63,939 nt of DNA, filler included, from Dirinaria sp. TL-2023a (GCA_051941275.1; 40 parts of 40 records of this genome joined end to end with filler, not necessarily neighbours in it), one strand, 5' to 3'. Shown: positions 24,808-38,597, counted from the whole stretch's first letter. Made by a program: numbers and translations. The notes: generated by a model not told the origin, from the sequence alone.

Positions 24808-27800
24808 AGTAAGGTGGTGTGGCGGTAGTGGTTACCTTGATATAAGGGTAGCCTCATACTTAGAAACGACTCCAACTATGGGAGCTTTGAGCTCAGACCG
24901 TCGGCCCAATATCGCCATGTATCCATATATGGAGAAAGCTAGTAGAATGTATTCTCCTATCATCAGCATATCATCTCGAGTAAGAGGCATGTTGAAAGAA
25001 ATGGTCTCGGGAATCTAAGTAACAAGGTGAGTAAATACCCGTCGAGGATGAAGTGTCTGTATCTGAATGGTTATCCTGTGCAACAATCAATCTGCTTGTG
25101 CAAAGCAAGAGCCTCAAGCAGCTTGGCTTACGAGGGTCAGAATCAAAAGTCCCGCGCGAATTTCGAGTGGCTAATGCAGGGATAGAAGGAATGCAGTAGC
25201 GCGCCAGCAACCAAAGCGATCGACGTTTACGCATAGCAGTAGGAAACAAAAGTAGTAGTGATGGTCAGATTAGAAATTTCCAGGCAGAGCGAGCACCAAC
25301 GTACGCAATTCCGAACGGAGCCCGGATCACCATCACCAAAGCATTGAAAGCTTTACCGAAGCAACCGCTCATTGGCATTTGCTTCTCTTGTCAGGCATGT
25401 ACTGTGCATAAGACAGCGGGGCGCACGAGAAATTCATGGTAAGAATTCTGTAGCATCTATGCATGCTGAGGCTGTGCAATGTCACGCCTACCATCCCATG
25501 CACGGCAATGGAGAGTTTGGACGGAGCCTGAAGCATTCTCGATCGAAGCAAATGAAGTTAATACATGAAAGCATCAAGTAGCGGAAACAGTCTATGATAT
25601 TGAGTCAGGGAGCCCATGTGACACCTACTTTATTGGTTGCAGTGATAAACTTGCCCGTTCTAGTCTCAACCTTGCCCGCCATGCTCTACGCACTCTATTA
25701 CAGCTGCAGGAGAATCGCAAGGAGAGGAGGGGCGGAAAGTTGCCAGATGATGCACGCTCGAGAGTCTATGACTGAAACTTNNNNNNNNNNNNNNNNNNNN
25801 NNNNNNNNNNNNNNNNNNNNNNNNTTAATTAATTAANNNNNNNNNNNNNNNNNNNNNNNNNNNNNNNNNNNNNNNNNNNNAGATAGTATAGCCGTGTCAG
25901 TTAACCAACAGGAAGGTTGCGGAACACGGATGAAATTGTAGGGTGTAGGCGTGGTGTTTGGATAAGTGATGAGCATCTTGACAAAAGGTATGGAGGAAGC
26001 GCCGGAATAAATAGCACTTTACAGGTCAACCTTTAAGACCGTACCCAGCCAGAATTTTGACACTGTTCGAAGTGGGTACGGTTCTATCAGGCTTTACATA
26101 CATTACCTTACAGATGAACACCCATTTGACTTAAGACCGTACCCACTTGCTGCTTCCGAGGTTCCCCCGTGGCCACGTCACCCCGCATTCGACTCTATTG
26201 GGTGTAGCTTATCCGAGGCTTAGCCTACTTTACACAGCCTACGTGAATACCTTAAAGGCTGAGGGGACGTCCTGGACACCTCATTCGCATCGTTATCGAG
26301 CGCGCGGAAAAAAACAAAATGGAGTACGTGCTGTACCCAGTGTCCTTCGCTGTTCAAGGCGCCACGGCGTTCATCATAGCGCAATATGACCCTTCACACA
26401 GCTCAAGATCTGGATCTCCTGCAATGGCAGTACGGGTACGATGGAGATCTGTTAAGCAGGCTCCCATCACAAAACTGACATCCTGAACTAGAATCCCTAC
26501 CTCGCCACTATCCAACGGGAGATCCTCGACCCTTCACCTTCCGTCTTCACAGCAGCTCTCTACATCTTCGCCTTCACAGGGTTGTCCGTGCGTCACTTGC
26601 ATCGGCGACACCGGCTCCAAAACCATTTTTTGATAGTCGGGATATGTATGGGCGTGCTTATATCGAGCATCAAGAATACCTTAGACCCCAAACGGCCGCT
26701 GGTAACGGACCTTCGGAAGCTGCTGCCGTGGAGTTGGTTGATAGCATCACTCTGCAGTGCGGCGGCGCATTGGTGGATTGGAGGAGTGATGATAGAAGAT
26801 GACAGGAGTGAGATCAAGGCGAGTAGACAAACGACCAAGGCGGGAAATCTCGTTCTGGAGAAAGGGAACGTGGAGGAAATTTAAGATGGCATCACGGAGA
26901 TTCAGTCTTGCTTTGAGATAAGGGGACCCAGTGTTTTGTGTTGCTCGAAGAATCTTTCGATTCTAGGCTACAGATCCTAACATTCCCTAATGTTCCAGCT
27001 TCAAGCTTTATGCAGAAGTATGCCCAGTATAAGATGGATAGTTTCTTTCCAGGATTATTTCGGCGTTCTCCCCCACTCAGTATTCATCTGAATTCCAGCT
27101 GTAGTCCGACCAGTACTCGCAGGAAGGCGTTCCTCTTAGGACTTCATCAGATTACAAACCTGGGTAGCTACTTTCATCAATCATACGCGTGACAATACCG
27201 AATTATGTCTCCTCATGAAGAAGCAGCTTTGTCTCCTCAGGGCACATAAAAAGGAGAGGTCTAAATCAAATATGTGCACACTGATAATCTCGCAGGACTA
27301 TTTTGACCACAACCCTTCCTGATGACCTATCCTCCCAAAGCTGCATGCTCCGTCCCTCAACTCATATTGATCATCTAGATGGAAGNNNNNNNNNNNNNNN
27401 NNNNNNNNNNNNNNNNNNNNNNNNNNNNNTTAATTAATTAANNNNNNNNNNNNNNNNNNNNNNNNNNNNNNNNNNNNNNNNNNNNCCCTTTCTAAGACCC
27501 GCTTTAGACTAGCTTCTTGAAGTCTTGTCTTGGCGCGTTTCGGCTGCGTTTCCGACAAAGTAAGGTAGTCCCGTCTTCCCAAATTCTGTCTTCGGTTTAG
27601 CCTTATCAGACATCTTCTTGACAAAGTTGGATCCGCAACGAACAGAACCATGACAAAGATGTGCTTAAACCCCAAGAAGGTTAGAGAAGATGAGAGAGAC
27701 ACTAGCCCCAGAACAACCCTAGGACGATTATGCAACATGGCTATTTCTGATGTTACATACATTCAAAAAAAGAGGTCAGCTCTTCTATCCAAGGTAGGTA

Positions 27801-28922
27801 TGTTTCATTGCAAAGTCTTCAAAACCACAGCAGCCTAGGATCCCCCCTTGTCGCCTACGAAATAGATGATTCCTGCAGTAAGGAGCACACTTGGTCTTTT
27901 GCATCAGGTAGGTTTTGTATGACTCAAATCAGGCGAAAAGATTCTGTATTGCAAGAGATAAAATCTACACCAAAGTATCGGGGATACTAGGGGGAAAGGA
28001 AAAGAAAAGCCAAGGGGCACAGTACTTCATCTCCATGCACACGCAGTACATAGCTTGTATAGCTCCTCAAGCAACCAAAATCAACAAAGAACTAGCTTCT
28101 CTACAGTACATTCTATGCTCTTCGCACTGCTGGACCTTTATGGAGGAATTCCCGCTCTCTCTTTTCTCTACTATTCGCACAAGCCAGGAAATCTAGCTCA
28201 TGATAGCAGGATGGAACAATACCGTCATGGCATGCCAAACCAGTTTCCCTTTCCGATTCCTTTGAACGGGAAGTACATGCATGATTATTTCATGCCATCA
28301 TGTGCAGCACACAATAGCATTGTTCCCTGACCTCAATCACATCCATCCTCCTTCTCATCCTTATCACCATCACTCAAAATCAGTTATTTCCCCTCCCGAC
28401 TAACAAGAGCCGCACCAAAAAAAAAAAAAAAAACACAAAGCCGCCATGGAATGGGGTAAGAAACTGGACCTTGGTTGGGTCCTGAGAGACGGGGAATTTA
28501 ATCTACATCAGGAACCACAAACAGCTCCACCGCGGCAGTCGAAGAAAGCAAGTGAAAAGGAGCGTTAGTATCAGCGCTGTGCACAGGACATGGTGATGGA
28601 ATGGCTTACTATAGCTATCTATAACCGCCGTCCGTGATTAAAACCGATTTATGCTCCTTTGAGCTACGACTTTGGGTACTGGCTATAGGTAACTTCATTC
28701 ATTGTGGCTAGTCGAGTGGATGCTCGAATAATACTTTCTTCACAGGAACATTCCCTGAGCAAAGGAATTTTCGTTCCGGACTTCTTAACTTCAATAATCA
28801 ATTCAATCCAACCATTCACACTCAACCCACCCTTGCTCGAATGGAAATTCTCTCTTTCTCAAGTTTTCTATTCATCAATAAAAAACGCCAAAAATGAAAT
28901 CAACCTAATGCAAATCCATCGT

Positions 28923-28925
<3 letters not shown>

Positions 28926-28990
<65 letters not shown>
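28926..28990 (+). repeat. (CAT)n microsatellite at contig end
   Basis: About 21 perfect CAT units. Confidence 0.95.
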
Positions 28991-29731
28991 NNNNNNNNNN
29001 NNNNNNNNNNNNNNNNNNNNNNNNNNNNNNNNNNTTAATTAATTAANNNNNNNNNNNNNNNNNNNNNNNNNNNNNNNNNNNNNNNNNNNNACGAGAGGTT
29101 GCGTGAATGGGTGATATGTAGTTTTTTCTTATTTTTTTGGGGGGGGGAGGGGGGATTTGGATCTGCTTGTTCAGTTGGCGTATGAGATTAAGGATGTACA
29201 ATATTATTATCTGTTCAAATAAAATAGAAATTTTCCTGCATTATCCCAAGGAAATTTAGGTGAGACTAAGCCTACCTCTGGGCTCTAGATAAGATCAGAG
29301 TTATGCGGATCTGACCCCGTGACGTTCACAAACCTCCTTTTTCCTAATTTCACCACCTCTGTCGGACCTCACGCCCTACCTCAATCTACATGCCATAATA
29401 AATCAACCAATCAATCGATAATTCATCTTGTGAAGAGTAGCATGCACTAATACTGTCTCTCTCTACATTTGTGGGGCTTTAAGGATGGTATGGCGGAAGT
29501 GTGAAGTGATAGAGGTATATGAAAAAAAGTAGACGTTCGCTAAGCACATGCCTTTTTTTTCTCTTCAATTCAGCCAAACACCCCTCCGCCTGCCTCGGAT
29601 GTATAGAATGTATTAACTGATACTTGAAATTGTGAAGAGTAGCATGGCCCTGCAGTACTACTGTTCTGAACAGGTGTAGAACTTAAAGGATGGTATGATG
29701 TAAACGTGAAGCAACACGATATTTAAAAAAA

Positions 29732-30316
29732 AAGGAAATCCTTATTCGTACCCGTCTCTTGATACTCGTACCCGAGCTAGAAGAAATCTTTCACCGACAC
29801 CAAAACCTCATGAGATAAACCCCCACCTCCACCACACCGAAAATTTCTGTATGTCTACCTCAGAAAACTTCCCAGGTAAAACCTCCTCTCAAAGATAGAA
29901 TCTATAAGTTAACTGTTTCCTAAAACATCTAAGTACGAATATCTACTAACTCCATCAAACAACCACCAAAGCACAAATTGAAAAAGGTCATTATCAATTG
30001 ACGATGACGACGACTTGATGAAGTTATGATGCTCAATAAATGTCAGGTGCAGATGCAACAAAGACAGTGATGTAGCTTTGTTCGACTTGAGTTATTCGTT
30101 CTCGGTTTTCTTCAAGAGATAAACTAATTTACATGATATTGACTTTAGTTATCTATCTTAGGTGCAGGTGCAGGTGGTGATGGTGGTCGTGTGTGCAGTT
30201 TTTTTTTCTGGTGTTTGGTGGTTAGGTATTCGATGCACCCTGATGGAAACTCTGAGAGTTTTCTCCGACTTGGAGGGTACGATTATCAACACTCGGGTAC
30301 GAATAAGGTTTTCCTT
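29732..30316. repeat. Degenerate inverted-repeat pair (old MITE-like element)
   Basis: AAGGAAATCCTTATTCGTACCCG..TTGATACTCGTACCC at 29732 is mirrored by GGGTACGATTATCAA..CGGGTACGAATAAGGTTTTCCTT ending at 30316. Confidence 0.6.
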
Positions 30317-30694
30317 AGAAAAGAAAGGTAGTATAAAGTTGATTTTTATGAGTCGTCTCGACACTCAACTCTCGGCTTAAGTATCTGTTGCGAGATTATT
30401 TACTCCGATAAGGTTTTGTCGAGAAAGTGTTTATTCTGAAGAAGGTTCATGATATTGTTTGGATAATTTTATTGTGATTTTGATATTATTTGTTCTCTTG
30501 GATGAGTTGAAATGGAGTGAATGAGCCATTATGGAAGTCTGAGGCAGACGGACGGGATTTTGGTGGAGGAAGGGGAGGGGCGCCTGGAGAGGGGNNNNNN
30601 NNNNNNNNNNNNNNNNNNNNNNNNNNNNNNNNNNNNNNTTAATTAATTAANNNNNNNNNNNNNNNNNNNNNNNNNNNNNNNNNNNNNNNNNNNN

Positions 30695-31913
30695 GCATAC
30701 TTCTACTCTATTGCGAAATCAGTATTGCCTTTGTTTGAGCATGTCTTATCGTTCCTGAAGGAAATTGACCTTAAACAGGCACTGTCAGCAGAACATATCA
30801 TCGAAGTTTGTTTGTCAGCTTCTTATTATTCAACATCAGACTGGAAGGCTAAGATCATAAAGACTGCTAAAAACATTGAGAACCGCTTTTCGATGAGCAT
30901 TCAAATACAAAAGAGAATTGAATTACGAAAGAAAATTCTCTCCCGTATAACATCTTGCAAATGAGGGATGGAAAGATAGATTCTAGATTTTGTGCCTCAC
31001 GATCAAAGGTCCAACGGCTATCACGGCGAATTTGAGCTCTTCAATACTGACGTCCTCTTTGAACGTCAGAAGCTTCAAGCTGCACTTGATCGGCTTGATT
31101 TGTACAGACCTTGAAACTCAAAAAAGACATAGACTCTAGAACAATATTAGATCAACGAAATGAGTCTTCTTCGTGAAAAGTTTCATCATTTCTCTGACCA
31201 TTTCAAGCAGGCAAGGAGATGTCTCGAGCAAAATCTGCATGCGAAACAACTTGAGGCATCCATGATATGCAAGACCATGGCTCACCTAACTGCAGTATGT
31301 TGCGAATTAGGAGAAACAACGTTAGGTATACGATACGCGTCCTCACAATTACAGGATCTCACAGCATACCAGTCACGAGCAAGTGGGAACGCACGACGCT
31401 TGAAGCTTGCTTTGGCGTATGCCTATTTGATGCAAGTTATGTGGGTTATCTACAACCAATCTATCACTTCCGACCATACACCTCTATCGAGAGATATCCA
31501 ACAGGGGCTCGACAAGGCGCAGGAGTTATTTGAAGTGCTCGCTCGGTTTTACGAGGTCGTCCCTATCACTAGCAGAGCCGATAAGACTAATCGATGCTCT
31601 GCACTTTTGGGCTTGGCTTTGATTTCACATATCAAAGGCGACTTGTCTGAAATCGTCCGCTGCTATGATAACGTCTTGGACGCTGCAAGTCAATGTAATT
31701 GAGGTGCCGACTACGTTGAGGCGATCGTTTACTGGTCTAAAAGCGTAGTATTGCATGATCTTAAGGAGATAGAGAAGGCGCAGAAGCTTAACAACTTGAC
31801 AGAGAGTCTTTATCGATCTCGATCATACTTCTTCATAGGATTTGGGACTCTTTGGCTCAAAATTATTGGGAAACAGGTCAGACAGCAGAGGCGCGAAAGG
31901 ATAATTTCGAAGC
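30695..31913 (+). pseudogene. Helical-repeat (TPR-like) protein pseudogene, interrupted by a solo LTR
   Basis: One reading frame with scattered stops and TPR-like patterns (TMAHLTAVCCELGE, ALLGLALISHIKGD). Confidence 0.6.
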
Positions 31914-32162
31914 TGTCAGGACCGGTGCAGAATGTATGATCTATGCAGGTGCTATCAACTAAATACACAAAGCATGAAGAAGAAAAGAAATCTATGAACT
32001 GGAACCAGGCATAATATGGATGTGTGGGCGTTGGACCCTGATCGCCCGGACCGACCACCACTCCGGATGCGCTAACCCCGATCAGGTCAAAACTCAACAC
32101 CACACACAAAAACCTTGTAGAAAATGCCCCGGGTAACACCAGTGAGAGCCAGGCTCGTAACA
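31914..32162 (-). mobile_element. Solo LTR of family D with 5-bp TSD GAAGC
   Basis: Reverse copy of 23332..23580. GAAGC occurs at 31909..31913 and 32163..32167. Confidence 0.95.
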
Positions 32163-33901
32163 GAAGCAAGATTGAGAGACCACAGTTCTAGAGCAGACNN
32201 NNNNNNNNNNNNNNNNNNNNNNNNNNNNNNNNNNNNNNNNNNTTAATTAATTAANNNNNNNNNNNNNNNNNNNNNNNNNNNNNNNNNNNNNNNNNNNNTT
32301 ATATACATATATGTATTTTATTTACTTGGATTTCGTGTGGAAGATTTCAGCTGCTTTACATAGAGGAATATATATATATATGTAAGCTAAGCGCAACCTA
32401 TGCATAGGTGGCATCCGGTTCATCTACTGTAGTAGAGGATCTACGATTAGCCCCGGGGCGCAACAGGCTTAGCCGAGCCCGCGGAGCCCATGGACAGATC
32501 CTCGGGAAAGTAGTGTAAGCCTCTTTTCCTACCCTAAATCATGGTCATGTGCAAGAGGCGCATCATTAATCGCTATCTTTGTACAGACTGCGCATCTCTT
32601 TCAAATTTTTGTTTGAAGACTGAAGTTTGTTTGCCATCGCCTGCTATTCAAGTCCCATTTCGTAACGTAGCAGATCCACTAATAATGACAGATGATCGGC
32701 GATTGCGAGCTTTGCCTCCTTATTCGGCTTTTTGGGTTCAATGAAGCGTGCATGCCTCGTGAGTGTGCAGCGTTTCTTCTGTGATATCTAATATGTCCAC
32801 CAGGATCTCGTCTATCTGAAAATAAGTCAAGGACCATTCGAGGTATTTTTTCCCACTACAAAACTGCTCGGATTTCATCTTATAATCGTACATCCACAAT
32901 CCTAAAGGAGGACATGCTGTTCTCACCACGGCATACAGCTATGGATGTTCCTTTTGTGACTTTGCTCTGGAGTCTTCGTTCAGTCTTGCCTTACCCTGGA
33001 AGTCTTCAAGCTCTCTGTTTCAGGTCATCAGAAGATCCCCCGTCATCCATCTATGTGCGTTTCTTCAGATACATTCTCTCAGCTTCGTGAGAACGTCGAC
33101 TCTTTTCGCCAATCTTTTGGACATGCTCGGGGAGAAGTGGCTTGCAGAGAAGATACATCTGGTCGAGTCGACGCCATGTGCTCGATGCTATAGTTATTTA
33201 GCACTCTAATGGCATAGAACGAACAATGGCGGATCTGGGCTCTGAGCTAGACGTCATTCTCGGCCGCTTCGAATAGCTAGTCTTTGGCAGTCGCAAAAAT
33301 CGCTAGACCTAAACTTGTCTCAAGGGGTCGTGGTCATGGCATCTTCTCTTGATCAAATGCACCTCAAAATGAAAGTATGACTCTTGTGGTACTAGTTCGT
33401 GTGCCCTCCTTATCGGATTAGGGAATTGGCGGGTTGCATGAAAGGAGCCTCAAGCGAGGTTGTGCCTTCTCGAGCATTATCACGTTAAAAAGAACCAAAA
33501 CACATGGCCCAAGAAGAAGGATACGATCTTGCAACCTATCGATCAATCATCACCAGTAACAGTGACCTCCTTTCCCCCCCGATCAGAGGTTGTAATGTCC
33601 CCCATATGCCGACCTTGGCTTAGTTCCCTCGGACGATGTACATCGTATCTTACATAGGTAATTTTTTCTTCTTGGTACTTCTAGGGTTAACAGCAACCCT
33701 ACCTTACCTTACCTTCTGTATCGTACCCTAAGGTACCGTAGGTACGACAAAAAAGACCTCTTCCCTCCCCCTCCCCCTCTCCCATCCATCACCTATTAAA
33801 CNNNNNNNNNNNNNNNNNNNNNNNNNNNNNNNNNNNNNNNNNNNNTTAATTAATTAANNNNNNNNNNNNNNNNNNNNNNNNNNNNNNNNNNNNNNNNNNN
33901 N

Positions 33902-35401
33902 ATATTATGACACTCGATGAAAGCGACGATAATAACGACGACTTTCTACTCACGCTGCGAAACAAGCTTCGCAGTGCGAAATATCAATCTGAGCAGACAG
34001 ACGACGAAGACGTCTCTGCTGCAGTCAAACTGACAGCGTTGACAGCGCAACTGAATGATATTATCATCGCAGATACTCAAGTCACGAACTTGAATGAGAA
34101 AGTGCTCGCTAGACGTCGCAGTCTTCTAGATTCTGCGTCGTCTCGATTTCTCGTACATCGAATTGCGAAGTCGAAGAGATTCTTCGCTGCGTTGCAAGAG
34201 TCTATGACTGCGTGATTGCGTCAGCTACAACAAAAGAACGCTTTTGTTGTAAAGAAGCAATGACGTCATAAATTCGCAAGCAAGAAGAATAAGCTTTCGC
34301 ATTGAAGTATGAGCGAGAATGAACTGCTACGTCGAGATCTCGCAGTCTATGTTTTTAACGACTCTGTTACAAAAGAAGAAATTCTTCGTACACATTACAA
34401 TGATTCTGAAGCAGATCATTTCGCGCGAAGTCGTATCGAAGCTGCGATTCGCAAAAAATATTTCTGATTTAGCATGCTATCTGAAATAGAAGAATATGTT
34501 CGCACATGTCTCGATTGTCAAAGAGTGCGTGTTCATCATCACAAGTCTTATGAAGAGCTTGAGTCAATTTCATCTGATGACGAACGCTCGTTTCACACAA
34601 TGACGCTAGATTTTATCACTGATATGTCGTCTGCGAAGGACTCATATACTGAAAAGATCAGTGATGCGATTTTGATACTGATTGATAAGATAATCAAGTA
34701 CGCAACCTACATATCTATCACATCAGAATTGAAAGCTTCAGAATTTGGAGAACTCATGTGACGAGAGTTTGTGTCGCAGCATGAAATGATGCGAAGCATT
34801 ATATTCGATAAAGGTTCGCTTTTCACAAGCCACTTCTGATTCACTTTATGTTGACATCTAGATGCGAAGCGCAAGCTCAGCACCGCGTATCATTCTCAAA
34901 CGAATGAGCAAATCGAACGACAAAATCAGATCTTAGAGCATTATTTACGTATATATTGTAACTTCAAACAGGACAATTGACCGAAGCTGCTATCTATGAC
35001 GATGCACGCTTATAATAACAGCGTGCACGCCAGCACAGGAAAAACACCGCACGAGCTACTTAAAGACTACGAAGCAGACTTCGCAAATGGTTCTGAGAAC
35101 AGACCCTTGAAGAGAGAGGCATCTCTGACTACAGAGCGAGCGCAATGACTGCGAAGTAGCAGAGAGTATCTGAAGAAGCTGTGAGCGAAGATTGCGAAGC
35201 AACAAAGCCGCAACTACAATGCTCGACACACGTCAAAATGCTTTCAAGAAGAAGACAAGATACTGTTGCGAAGTGTTAACATTCGCACCCTGCGTTCTAA
35301 AAAGAAAATTGATCATCGTCAGCTTGAATCGTTCACAATCACAAAAAGAATAGATTCGCAAGCGTATCAATTGAAGCTTTCAGAAAGGTATGATGCGATT
35401 C
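33902..35401 (+). mobile_element. Ty3/Gypsy integrase, mutated
   Basis: HYND..DHF...YF*FSM..IEEYVRTCLDCQR (HHCC), MTLDFITD, DKGSLFTSHF*, LSTAYHSQTNEQIERQNQ. Confidence 0.95.
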
Positions 35402-37099
35402 NNNNNNNNNNNNNNNNNNNNNNNNNNNNNNNNNNNNNNNNNNNNTTAATTAATTAANNNNNNNNNNNNNNNNNNNNNNNNNNNNNNNNNNNNNNNNNNN
35501 NGTGCATTCTATTGTCCCCATCAAAACCTGATCAAAAGTGGGCATGTATGTACCAGTATTACACATGTACACATACATATACACACACGCATAAAAAAAC
35601 CTCCTCTTTTTCCTTAAGGTAGAAAGTAGAAGTAGAAGAAGTCCGAAAAAAGAAAAAAAAAAAATAAAAATAAAAATAGATCTTCCTTTCGATCCTACTG
35701 ACTTACTTACTTACTTACTTACGGACTAAAAACTAAAAACCTGACTCTCGGGGGATTTTGGTTTTTTTTTGGGGAAAGGTTGGGTGTACAGTAGGCGTAT
35801 ATAGTTCAGTTGCTGAGAGCAGATGTTAAGATATAGATAGATAGACAATTAGTAACAAATCAAGCCCCCAGCCAAAAAAAGGTTGGGTGAGAGGGTAGAA
35901 AGAACAAAAATAATTGGAGCGCCCTTTTTTCTCTTGTTTCTTTCCCCGTAACGCGGATACGGTGGATGATGGATGGGTGGGTGTGGGTATTTGTGGGTTT
36001 GTGGAGTATCTTTGAAACGATTACGGGGGCTGATTTGCCTACATACCACGCTTTTACTATCACTACAAGAAAGTGGGTATGGGTATGGCGGGATAAATCC
36101 CCCATTGGTTCATTGGTTCGAAGCACACGGTACATTACATAGAGTGAAGTGTTAAGCTGCGGCTTTCTCGCCTACCTCCCTAGAGTAAAATAGGTGCAGA
36201 GGAAAGGAAATAGTAGGAGAGGAGAGCGAATATATCGCGGCAGGAATCAAAGCACAGACTTACTATATACATACATACATCTACAAAAAAGCGAATCGAT
36301 TGCTCGAACTCGTAACTACTCGTAACCCGTACCCGCACATACACACACGGACTCCGCGCGAGCAGCGTGGGCGTGGGGTCGGGTATATTCCATGTCTTTT
36401 GCCAGAATCATGAAAAAAAGATCGCCGCCCGACCAAAAAAAGATGTGTTTCCATCTTGAGAAATTAAAATAGCGCGGGAACCGAACAGCACACAATCAAT
36501 GGTACGGAGTAAAAGGTAAAACGGACGGACATCCCGAAAAAAGATTAAATAAAGTATACCGTACTCGTACGTACATGAACGCGCGGGGTTACGTTCAGGT
36601 TCCAGGTTCAAATTCACGGGATAAATCATAAATGGTGGGACCGTGGGAACCCTTTCCTTCTTTGTACCCCCTTGCCCTTTTCGGGACTTTTCCCGAAACC
36701 TAAGAAACCCGGTAACGCGTAGCGTAGTCGTGTGGGCGTGTGGAATCAGGAATGGAAGATTAAGGTACTTTCAATGCATCTATCTGCATCTCGGCGGCGC
36801 GGAACGACACGAGCTGAAAAACCCCAAAACCAAGAAAAAAGGGTCTAACAGGAACTTTAAAACAAAAACAAACCGAAGGAAGGGCGGTGCGGGCCTTGGC
36901 CCTTGATACTTTGACAGGGACAGGAAATGTATGTCGCGCATTGATTTTTCTTTTCTTTGCGTATCCCTCGGACGTGGGAGGTTTTGCGCGGAAGGAAGGN
37001 NNNNNNNNNNNNNNNNNNNNNNNNNNNNNNNNNNNNNNNNNNNTTAATTAATTAANNNNNNNNNNNNNNNNNNNNNNNNNNNNNNNNNNNNNNNNNNNN

Positions 37100-38597
37100 A
37101 ATGACATAGGTCTTTGTGTGCGCTAAGTATCTTAGGACCCTATTAGCCTGTTCAATGTGTTGCTCCGAAGGATTTGTAAGAAACTCTGCAAGTTTTGATG
37201 CTGCAAAAGCAACATCTGGGCGTGTCGTTACTGCGGCAAAGTTTATAGAACCTATGCGTTGTTGATATGTCAGTATTTCCTGCGGTGTTGCCTGGCCCTT
37301 ATTTTTGGTCAGCGTAATGTAGTTTGACAGCGGTGCTCCAGGCGGTTTTGCAGACGTGTTGACATTGAATTTGGCAGTGAGTTTGTCGATGTAACTGTCT
37401 TGGCATAAGGACATTTGCTGACGTTCCCTATCGCGTGTAATTCGTATGCCTAGGAACCATTCGATTTCACCCATATGGCGCATTTCATAGGTCTTGAAAA
37501 GCTTCTGCTCAAACTCATCCACCTTCTTACTATCGCGAGGATAGTATATAACTGCGATATCGTCCACATAGAAGAAGAGAATGAAGTATTCGCAGGTAAA
37601 TAGGCATTCGACGTCTGGAAGTGGTTCAAGTCCTAACTCAATTAGGGTGTTTGATAAGTCTTTGTGCCATAAGGCCGGCGATTGCTTTAACCCGTATAGT
37701 GCTTTTAGAAGCAAAAGTAGTCCCGCGAGTCCGGTCCATCCGTCAGGTGTTTTGCAATATGTAGGTTCGTCAATGTTACTGTTTGCAAATGCGTTGACGG
37801 CATCGTATTGACGTGTGTTCAATCCGAACGCGGTGACTACGGCCATAAGAGCCCGAAAAATCCTTATCGCGAGTGTTGCTGCGCGTACGTCCTGATCAGT
37901 ATATTGTAGATCGCCGCGAGCACATAGTCTGACCTTATATTTGACCAGATAACTTTCGTCATCGAATTTGTATTTGAATACCCATACAGTAGGTATAGGC
38001 ACTTTTCCAGCTTTTTCTGCATGTTCGTGGGAGACTAACCTCCATGTGCGTTTTGCTTCTAAATTCTCAACTTCAGATCCTAATGCTTTCTTGAATCCTG
38101 GGCATAGTGGGTGACGTAGCATCTGTTGAAAGGTTTTAGGCTCTGGTGGTAGGTTGTCTCTATGAAGCCTAGCATCTTGCTTCATTGGGTTGTTTAGTGC
38201 GGCAGTAAAGGCTCCAATGTATGACTGCATGCTTCCAGTAGTGGCTTCATTTAAGGCCGCACAGTATGCCTGACGCCTAGGATTTTTCTTGCGTGTGCGA
38301 GTTGACCCTTCCGGTAAGATATTATCCTCATTTAGCAAGGTCCGACTATAATGCGGAGGTGCACGTGATGAAGTCGATGTAGGGCCTGCATCCGTTGCCT
38401 GAGTAGGACCTGCATCTGTTGCTTGAGGTGGTTCCGAACTAGTAGGGGAAGAACTTGATGACGTGTTGCCTTCTGGAGTTGTTGAAGCAGGTGAGGGCAG
38501 ATATCCTGATGTACCTTCCTTTGTTGCATTTGTTGCTTCCTCATGTGCCTGATCATCGCGTATAGTGCCTGTAAGCGCTTCAAATAAGTCTTCGTCA
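37100..38597 (-). mobile_element. Ty1/Copia pol fragment (reverse transcriptase), uninterrupted
   Basis: WVFKYK, YKVRLCARGD, QYDAVNAF, LKALYGLKQSP, FFYVDDI, FLGIRI, TRPDVAFA. The frame is open over the whole contig. Confidence 0.97.

Noticed and set aside
28704..29042. Poly-His ORF
   Set aside because: It is the translation of a (CAT)n microsatellite at a contig end, with no coding signal upstream.
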